A DNA stretch of 35,263 bases from assembly GCA_964440825.1 (NCBI GenBank), contig CAYYKU010000003.1:1-35263 (forward strand), written 5' to 3'. Under the pieces are notes generated by a model. The model saw nothing but the letters and a program-made list of their open reading frames with translations, did no database searches and was not told where the DNA came from. Shown piece by piece: positions 9,199-15,988 of the stretch (positions within the stretch are counted from its first letter, which is position 1; each line of letters opens with the position of its first letter). Both the position numbers and the translations under genes were made by a program. The stretch is from Candidatus Woesearchaeota archaeon. Lineage in GTDB: Archaea; Nanobdellota; Nanobdellia; Pacearchaeales; GW2011-AR1.

Positions 9199-9849
9199 TT
9201 AGAGAATTTTCCCTAGCTCATTTACACTTTCAATAACATACTTTGCACCAGCCTTTAGCAATTCCTTTCTATTGTTACTGCCTGTTAAAACTCCTACTGA
9301 ATTCATTTCTGCGTTTTTTGCTGCAAGGTGATCAAAGATAGAATCGCCTACCATTAAACATTCAGAAGGTTTAACTTTTAATTTCTTAGCCACCAAAAGA
9401 AGTTGTTTGGGATTGGGTTTACCTATTTTAACATCATCAACCGTTACAACTTCTTTAAATAGTGCTTGAAAATCTTGCGTTGTAGAATGAACAAACGTAA
9501 TTCTGGATGAACCTGTAGCGACTCCAACTTTATATTTTTTCTTTAATTTTTTTATTGTATTCATAACGCCTGGAAAGGCAATATTTTGTGTACCTAAAAA
9601 TTTAAAAAAATGATATCTTCTTTCTTCTCTAAGATCTACTATTTTTTCTTTGAATTTATGTCTTTTCTTTAGTATTTCAAATATTTTAGTGGTTGGCTGA
9701 CCAATTAATTTTTCAAGTTCACCTTTCTTTATTTTTATTTTATGTTCTAAAAGTAAATCCTTAAATGCTGCAACATGATAAGGCATAGAATCAATTAATG
9801 TGCCATCCAAATCAAAAATAATTGCCTTATACTCGTCTCTCTTTTTCAT
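9199..9849 (-). CDS. HAD-superfamily phosphatase (beta-PGM/PGP-like)
   Basis: FDLDGTLIDS, VATGS, KPNP, VGDS..D. Confidence 0.93.
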   Translation of the reverse strand: MKKRDEYKAIIFDLDGTLIDSMPYHVAAFKDLLLEHKIKIKKGELEKLIGQPTTKIFEILKKRHKFKEKIVDLREERRYHFFKFLGTQNIAFPGVMNTIKKLKKKYKVGVATGSSRITFVHSTTQDFQALFKEVVTVDDVKIGKPNPKQLLLVAKKLKVKPSECLMVGDSIFDHLAAKNAEMNSVGVLTGSNNRKELLKAGAKYVIESVNELGKIL

Positions 9850-9879
9850 AGGATTAAAAGATTTATTCTATTTATAATT

Positions 9880-10242
9880 TTATCTAAATATATACACTTT
9901 GTTTTCAAGACTACTGGGGCTTATTTTGGGCGGGGCTTCACCTGCAGCAACCTTATACGTAGCCGGAGCAAGTATTTGTATAAATTTAGGGCTTTGCCAT
10001 TCTGAAATATTATTAACTAAGTTTACTAGGCCATATCCCGAACATTCCAAAATAATTACTCTATTTTCTATCTTGAATCTTTTAGGGGATAAATTTGCAA
10101 TCTTAAAAGCCTCTTTTAATTGAGTTTCATATTCTTTTTCATTAGATCTGTCACTAGAAAATAAAAGATACATAGCATTATAGTAAAACTCTTCTGGCTT
10201 TAAGAATTCCATAACTTTAACAATAGGATCTTCCATTTGCAT
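9880..10242 (-). CDS. hypothetical protein
   Basis: 120-aa ATG ORF with upstream TTATAA. Confidence 0.65.
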   Translation of the reverse strand: MQMEDPIVKVMEFLKPEEFYYNAMYLLFSSDRSNEKEYETQLKEAFKIANLSPKRFKIENRVIILECSGYGLVNLVNNISEWQSPKFIQILAPATYKVAAGEAPPKISPSSLENKVYIFR

Positions 10243-10284
10243 AAAAATATATGGATTATAAGTTTATATTATTTGCTATTTGAT

Positions 10285-11178
10285 CTAGTTAATCATCATT
10301 GCTAAATGATTTAAATCAGCTGCATCTTCTACTATTTTAATGGCGTGTCTTGCAAAATCAAAAGATTCTTGTTTGGATAAAAGCTCTGCATTCTTTCTAA
10401 CTTTTTCTTTTATCTTATATATTTTCTCCATTATTTCAAAATTATTTGTATAGTAAAAATCAAAAGACAATTCTAGTCCTTCCTTTGAAAGAAGAAGTAA
10501 ATCTTTTAATTTTTCAGTTTTTTTAGTTTTTGATCTAACATTTGTTCTCCAAAGACGGTGTATCTCATCTCCTATTTTTTCAAGAGAAAAAGAATAAGTA
10601 AAAAGGGCTCTTCCTTTTATTGGATCCGAATAAGACATTTTATTTATTGCTCTTTCCAAAAACAAACAAAACTTATTTATTTCCCTATCTCTGTTATCTA
10701 GGCTATCTTGGGTTTCGCATTCTTTTCCGAATAGGTCTTCAATTGCAGAATCATAAAACATCAAAACCATCTGAAAAACTCTTTTGAATATTTCATCCAG
10801 ATCTGAATAGTTTCCTCCGCCGATATCTTTGATCACATAAGTATTTTTATTTTGAGAAACAAGAGCATATCCAATAAGCTCTGTCATAGTGTCTATGATT
10901 TTTGAGCTAATATCTTCTTTAGATTTAATTTCAATTTCATCAATTCCTTGAGCATACAATGCATGTACTCTTCTGGCCAATACAATTCTATCTTCATTTT
11001 CAAAAATTATTTGAGCCTTTTTTATAGAAATTTCTTTATTGTTTGTAATAACTAAAGACCTATCTTGTAATGAAACTTCTATCTCTGGATTTTTATCTAT
11101 CGCATTTTGTCTAACCCACTCGATTGGAAGAGTTATGGTATATGCTTGATTTGCCTGCTTTATTACTTTTCTTATCAT
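10285..11178 (-). CDS. archaeal AbrB-PhoU-family (phosphate uptake regulator-like) protein
   Basis: N-terminal AbrB-like RKV...AYTITLPIEWV, ALYAQGIDEIEI, and PhoU-like helices DREINKF and LEKIGD. Confidence 0.82.
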   Translation of the reverse strand: MIRKVIKQANQAYTITLPIEWVRQNAIDKNPEIEVSLQDRSLVITNNKEISIKKAQIIFENEDRIVLARRVHALYAQGIDEIEIKSKEDISSKIIDTMTELIGYALVSQNKNTYVIKDIGGGNYSDLDEIFKRVFQMVLMFYDSAIEDLFGKECETQDSLDNRDREINKFCLFLERAINKMSYSDPIKGRALFTYSFSLEKIGDEIHRLWRTNVRSKTKKTEKLKDLLLLSKEGLELSFDFYYTNNFEIMEKIYKIKEKVRKNAELLSKQESFDFARHAIKIVEDAADLNHLAMMIN

Positions 11179-11258
11179 TTTATATCAATTATATCATTTA
11201 TATAAGAAATATATAAATGTTTCTATGGCGTCAAGATATTGAAAAGGACAAAAATAAA

Positions 11259-12098
11259 ATGGAAAAACACATCGACTTTCATACGCATACATTCTACTCT
11301 GATGGATTGGGAACACCAGAAGATATAATAAAAGCAGCTAGGTTTAATGGAATAGACTACCTAGCTATAACAGATCATGATAATGTAAGGGCCCATAGAA
11401 ATGCTCGTGAACTCGGAAGAAAGTGGAATGTAGAAATAGTTCCGGGAGTTGAAGTAAGTACTGATAAATATCATATACTAGGTCTTGGGATAAATCTGGA
11501 AGCAGAGACACTTAAAGATTTTCTTGCTCTATCTGAAAAAGCACAAAGAAAAGTTTGTGAAGGAAAAATTGCAGGATTGCAAACGCAAGGAATACCTATT
11601 AGTCTTGAAAAAGTTATGAAATATTGCCCCGAGTCTCGTTTAGGAAAAATGAACATTTGGTATGTCATGGCTCAAGATGGAGAATGTAAGGAATTTTTCA
11701 GAAGCAAAGGAATCCCGGTTATAACGTATAACGCCTATAGCAATTATATCGAAAGATCACAGAGTGATGTCAGTGATAAGGATACTGAAATTGCTCCAAG
11801 CGAGGCAATAAGGCAAATACATTTAGCAGGCGGGAAAGCTTTCATAGCTCATCCATTCAAAGAAATAAAAGACATGCATGAATTAGACGTACTTGTTGAG
11901 CAAGGTTTGGATGGAGTTGAAATACAACCAAATCATAATGGAAGAAACGAACCTTTCAGAGAATATGCAAAACAGCGTAATCTTTTAATCACATATGGAT
12001 CTGATTGGCACGGAGGAGTGTTCGATAGAGCTATGTTAACTTGGAGAGGAGAAAACGTTCTTGATTCAAGACTTGCAGAAGCATTAGGGATAAATTAA
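11259..12098 (+). CDS. PHP-domain phosphoesterase (TrpH/YciV-like)
   Basis: DFHTHTFYSDG, AITDHD, PGVEVS, HILG, AHP, GSDWH. Start set at the ATG at 11259. Confidence 0.9.
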   Translation: MEKHIDFHTHTFYSDGLGTPEDIIKAARFNGIDYLAITDHDNVRAHRNARELGRKWNVEIVPGVEVSTDKYHILGLGINLEAETLKDFLALSEKAQRKVCEGKIAGLQTQGIPISLEKVMKYCPESRLGKMNIWYVMAQDGECKEFFRSKGIPVITYNAYSNYIERSQSDVSDKDTEIAPSEAIRQIHLAGGKAFIAHPFKEIKDMHELDVLVEQGLDGVEIQPNHNGRNEPFREYAKQRNLLITYGSDWHGGVFDRAMLTWRGENVLDSRLAEALGIN

Positions 12099-12817
12099 TT
12101 TTTAGCGCTTTTCCAAATCATATCAAAATGTTTTCTGTAGCCGTCAGCAATTTCTTTTTGTTTTACAACTATTGCAAAGGGAGAAAATTTATTCCATAAG
12201 ATTATTGCAATCTTTTCTCCATAAATATTAATAGCCATGGGGGAAGAATATTTTTCAGGTAGATACCTTATTTCTGACAAAGGAATTTTTGGATTTTTTC
12301 CTTCAACATCTTTATTAAAAATAATTTTTGTTTTAATTTTTTCTTTAACTCTTCTTTTATCAAACCAATGAAAATAGAATTCCAAACCTTCATAGGCCAT
12401 TTCAGACGCGCCGATAATTAGAATTTCCTTTTTCTCAGAAAGTTGGTCTTCAAATACAGATTTTAAACCTTCTTTACCTTTGAAAAACAACGTGTCTCCT
12501 CCATGTTTTTCTTTAGCGGAATTAAATAATTCTATCATCTCTGGCAAAATTTCATTTATTCTATTTTCTCTTTCTTCTTCTATTTCTTTAAACCTATTAG
12601 GATTAGCAGCACTAAAAATCTTTTTCCCATTTTCTACCATATATCCGATAAGTCCCTTACCAATTAGTCTTTCTGTAGTATCATAAATAACTCTTCTGTG
12701 AAGTTTTGTTTTTCTAGAGATTGTTCCGGCAGGACGGGGCCCTATTTCTAATAATGTTGAATAAACTAATGCTTCGTTATCTGTAAGTCCTAGTGATTTT
12801 AATTTAATAGTGTCCAT
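12095..12817 (-). CDS. TrmB-family transcriptional regulator
   Basis: LGLTDNEALVYSTLL...HRRVIYDTTERLIGKGLI winged HTH, plus effector domain (IYGEKIAII...FDMIWK). Confidence 0.88.
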   Translation of the reverse strand: MDTIKLKSLGLTDNEALVYSTLLEIGPRPAGTISRKTKLHRRVIYDTTERLIGKGLIGYMVENGKKIFSAANPNRFKEIEEERENRINEILPEMIELFNSAKEKHGGDTLFFKGKEGLKSVFEDQLSEKKEILIIGASEMAYEGLEFYFHWFDKRRVKEKIKTKIIFNKDVEGKNPKIPLSEIRYLPEKYSSPMAINIYGEKIAIILWNKFSPFAIVVKQKEIADGYRKHFDMIWKSAKN

Positions 12818-12848
12818 TATTTATCTAGAGTTATTTTCTTTATATATC

Positions 12849-12874
12849 TTGTGGTGATAAAAGTCACCTCACAA
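12849..12874. promoter_or_regulatory. palindromic operator candidate between divergent TATA boxes
   Basis: TTGT-GGTGA-TAAAAG-TCACC-TC-ACAA, located between the TrmB TATA (minus strand, about 12839-12847) and the ligase TATA-like TTCATATA (about 12876). Confidence 0.55.
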
Positions 12875-12904
12875 ATTCATATAGGTTTCAAAGTTAGTCT
12901 AAAT

Positions 12905-14044
12905 ATGGCAAACAAAAAACAAACACAAAGAATTCAAATTGGTAAACCAATTGAGTCTATGAATCCAATATTCATGAGAGCACCTGATGAAAAAATTTAT
13001 GCTGAGATAATTGCAACACATGGTGGGAGAACACTTGCTGAAATAAAGCAAGATGGTTATAGATTACAAATTCATAAGAAAGACGGAATTGTTAGAGCAT
13101 TTACTAGAAGTCTAAATGAAGTTAATTTAGGGATTTTTCCGGAGTTAAATTCTTCTTTGGCAGGTTTGCCAGATTGCATACTTGATACAGAGGTTACTGG
13201 TTTTGGTTTAATAGGCTATGATGGATTTCAGTCAATAAAAAAGAGATTCAGAAATAAAGTTTCTTCTGAAAGTTTAAAGAAATATTTAGAATCTGGTTTA
13301 ACCTCTGAATTTCCAGTAGGGCTTACTGCATTTGATACTTTATATTGGGAAGATAAAAAATTAATTAATTTACCTCTAATCGAAAGAAGAAAAGTCACCG
13401 AAGGAATTTTAGAAGCAAGAATAAGTCCGAGTGTTCAAAGAAGTTTCACAGAACCAGTAAAGCTAGAAGAATGGTTTGTAGAATTAACAGATAGTAAATA
13501 CGAAGGATTAGTTTGTAAAAATCCAAATTCATTATACTTGCCTGGAAAAGAAACAACTGAATGGTTAAAACTCAAAAGAGCAGAAACTCTTGATTTAGCA
13601 ATACTGGGCGTTTATTTAGATGGAGATTCAATTTCGCAAGTTCTATGCGGAACTTATAATCTAGCAGAAGGAAGATTTGAAACACTTGCAAAAGTTAATG
13701 CAAAAAGAGAAGGAGCAAATAAAACACTAGCTACTATTTTAAATGGAAAACTCTGCGAAGAAAAACCAGAAAATATATTCTTAAATCCAGCAATAGAAAA
13801 AAACTCTGAGCAAATGCCTTCCTATTTTGTAAAACCAGAAAATTCTGCAGTTTTAGAAATTGCATCTATGAACTGTCATTACGGAAATAATACTTGGCAC
13901 TCTTGTGGTTATGATGGCGCAAACGCTTACTCATTAAGAATTGCTTGGCTAAAAAGAATAAGAGAAGACAAGAGTATAACTAACGTATCAACAACTGAAA
14001 AAGTAAGAAAAATGTATTCTACATTCGGAGGACAAAATGAGTGA
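12905..14044 (+). CDS. minimal ATP-dependent DNA ligase (NTase + OB, no N-terminal DNA-binding domain)
   Basis: Motif I EIKQDGYR, III ILDTEV, IIIa AFDTLY, IV YEGLVCK, V WLKLK, VI LR.....RIREDK. Start set at the ATG at 12905. Confidence 0.9.
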   Translation: MANKKQTQRIQIGKPIESMNPIFMRAPDEKIYAEIIATHGGRTLAEIKQDGYRLQIHKKDGIVRAFTRSLNEVNLGIFPELNSSLAGLPDCILDTEVTGFGLIGYDGFQSIKKRFRNKVSSESLKKYLESGLTSEFPVGLTAFDTLYWEDKKLINLPLIERRKVTEGILEARISPSVQRSFTEPVKLEEWFVELTDSKYEGLVCKNPNSLYLPGKETTEWLKLKRAETLDLAILGVYLDGDSISQVLCGTYNLAEGRFETLAKVNAKREGANKTLATILNGKLCEEKPENIFLNPAIEKNSEQMPSYFVKPENSAVLEIASMNCHYGNNTWHSCGYDGANAYSLRIAWLKRIREDKSITNVSTTEKVRKMYSTFGGQNE

Positions 14045-14606
14045 AACTCTAACTGAAGTGCAAATTGAGAAGAATAAAAAAGAAATGCTTGGGCTCATCA
14101 AAGGAATTAAGCGAGAAGGTATAGGCGATTTATGTAACTGGTTAACTGGAAGTGATTTTTTTTATGCTCCCGCAAGTACTAGACATCACGGAAATTTTAA
14201 AGGCGGCCTAGCCGCGCATAGTTATGAAATTTACAAAGAATTTGATAGACAAGTAGATCATTACGGATTAGAAGTTCCAAAAGATTCGAGAGTTTTAGCT
14301 GCGTTTCTACACGATGCTTGCAAAATTGATTTATACGTTGAAAATACTTTGAAAGGCGGAAAGACATCCGAAGCTAAACCTTACAAAATAGAAGAAGCTT
14401 TTCCATTTGGACATGGTGAACGTTCCACGCTTATAGCTCAAAGACACATAAGTCTTACAGATCAAGAAGCGATGCTAATCCGATGGCACATGGGTCCATA
14501 CGATAAGAGTTTTGAAGATTACAAAGAAAAAATAGAAAAAACTCATCCTGAATGTGTTTTATTTCACCATATAGATCATGAAGTTTCTCTTTACATGGGG
14601 CTTTAA
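14037..14606 (+). CDS. HD-domain phosphohydrolase (YhaM-like/phage-type)
   Basis: APASTRHH...GGLAAHS...LHDACK...GHGERS...IRWHMG. Overlaps the ligase stop and has GGAGG upstream. Confidence 0.88.
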   Translation: MSETLTEVQIEKNKKEMLGLIKGIKREGIGDLCNWLTGSDFFYAPASTRHHGNFKGGLAAHSYEIYKEFDRQVDHYGLEVPKDSRVLAAFLHDACKIDLYVENTLKGGKTSEAKPYKIEEAFPFGHGERSTLIAQRHISLTDQEAMLIRWHMGPYDKSFEDYKEKIEKTHPECVLFHHIDHEVSLYMGL

Positions 14607-14635
14607 TGTTAACTAAATTACAATGGAGGAACGAA

Positions 14636-14710
14636 CGATTCGCTTTCGAATAAATAGTTGTCAAAGACAATAAACTGTTTTCAGATAGACTATTTCACGA
14701 ATGCAAATCG
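14636..14710 (+). ncRNA. candidate structured cis-regulatory or small RNA (three-way junction)
   Basis: CGATT/AATCG, GC/GC, TTCG/CGAA and AAATAGT/ACTATTT form a long stem enclosing the hairpins TGTC-AAA-GACA and CTG-TTTT-CAG. It ends 1 nt before GAGGAG. Confidence 0.5.
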
Positions 14711-14720
14711 CGAGGAGAAA

Positions 14721-15191
14721 ATGACAGAACAACTTGAAAGACAACTTATAAGTTTGATCGCAGCAGATAGAATGGATGTTCCAATATCTAGCATGTCTGG
14801 TAAACTTAAAAGAATGAAACCAAAACTAGCAAATGCTATTGACTTACCTGGAGCAGATTACTCTGGAGAAAGAGTTTATGCAAGAGTAGAAGTAGAAGAT
14901 AAGCTTAAGGCAAGAACAATGTCTGAAGCAGTAAGTGATTTTTGTACGGAATATCCAAAATATGGACAAGTTCTTACTCAAATGATTGAGGACAAACGTG
15001 CACAAAAAGAAACACATCTTTACTTCGGAATGAATGCTGGTTGTCGATTAACTGCAGATGATTATCTTGGCGTTATGGCTAATTTAGGATTCACAGAAAC
15101 ACAAGCAAGAAACTTATACGAACCTTTAATCGTGACAAGCAGAACAATCTCAAAGAAGAGAGACGAAGAACGAAGTATACTTATTGCTTAA
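14721..15191 (+). CDS. hypothetical protein (156 aa)
   Basis: ATG at 14721 preceded by GAGGAG (14712-14717) and followed by a terminator hairpin. Confidence 0.8.
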   Translation: MTEQLERQLISLIAADRMDVPISSMSGKLKRMKPKLANAIDLPGADYSGERVYARVEVEDKLKARTMSEAVSDFCTEYPKYGQVLTQMIEDKRAQKETHLYFGMNAGCRLTADDYLGVMANLGFTETQARNLYEPLIVTSRTISKKRDEERSILIA

Positions 15192-15202
15192 AAAAATTAT
15201 TT

Positions 15203-15232
15203 GAGCCGGAAAACCGGCTCTTATTTATTTTA
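15203..15232 (+). terminator. GC-rich hairpin followed by a T-rich tract
   Basis: GAGCCGG-AAAA-CCGGCTC then TTATTTATTTT. Confidence 0.75.
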
Positions 15233-15270
15233 TATAAATCCTTAAATACTCTTTTTTTTGATATTTATTT

Positions 15271-15864
15271 ATGGAACCTGCACAATACTGTATTGGATCA
15301 AAAGAAAATATAGTGAGATTTATCCAAGATGTTTGGCCTTCCAAGGCATATCCCTATGTAAAAGGAGCCTATGATTCTAAATATTTAGGATTTAAACGAG
15401 AACCTTGGGAAGATTTAGCGATAAAAAGTACATTATTTACTATTGCAGCCGTACCTATTACTCGAGAAAAATTTAGGGTAAAAAGAACAAGTGGCAGCCT
15501 AGAAGACTCCGAATTATTCTCTTTCGGAATCCATACTTTAAATGTAAAACCTGGAAACTTTAAAAGATTTGATATGTTTAAGAGAGATGAAATGAAATTA
15601 GGGCACAAGACTATTCCTAACTTCGAAACCTATCCTCTTGAAATTGCTACAGGTCTTTATAGTTATATAGGGAATCTTGAGGACCTTGCAAAAAAAGGCG
15701 TATGTGCTCCAATATCTCCAGATGTATTTAATATTTTTAATGTATTCAATAAGGCAGTAGAAGAGATTCCTAGCGAGCTTGCCCCTTTCTTAGATGAAAA
15801 CTATAAGCGCGCTGCTTTGGATTGTTTAAAAGAGACTTTTAAGTATTCACAAGTTATTTGTTAA
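15271..15864 (+). CDS. hypothetical protein
   Basis: 197-aa ATG ORF with TTAAATA upstream. No motif recognised. Confidence 0.7.
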   Translation: MEPAQYCIGSKENIVRFIQDVWPSKAYPYVKGAYDSKYLGFKREPWEDLAIKSTLFTIAAVPITREKFRVKRTSGSLEDSELFSFGIHTLNVKPGNFKRFDMFKRDEMKLGHKTIPNFETYPLEIATGLYSYIGNLEDLAKKGVCAPISPDVFNIFNVFNKAVEEIPSELAPFLDENYKRAALDCLKETFKYSQVIC

Positions 15865-15866
15865 AT

Positions 15867-15950
15867 TTATTTTTTTAAAACACTCTTTGCGTTTCTAACC
15901 ATTTGTAATTCTTCATTTGTCGGAATTACAAAAACTTTTACTTTTTTAAA
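15867..15950 (-). pseudogene. ackA: acetate kinase C-terminal relic
   Basis: Manual translation FKKVKVFVIPTNEELQMVRNAKSVLKK* contains the acetate-kinase C-terminal VIPTNEEL motif. In-frame stop upstream and no start before the motif. Confidence 0.75.
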
Positions 15951-15988
15951 TCAGTTATATTTTTATACGCTTCTTTCTTTAGTGAAGT

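Noticed and set aside
14606-14673. Possible 15-16-aa leader peptides (MLTKLQW..., MEERTIRF...) overlapping the structured spacer
   Set aside because: Too short to support without conservation data.
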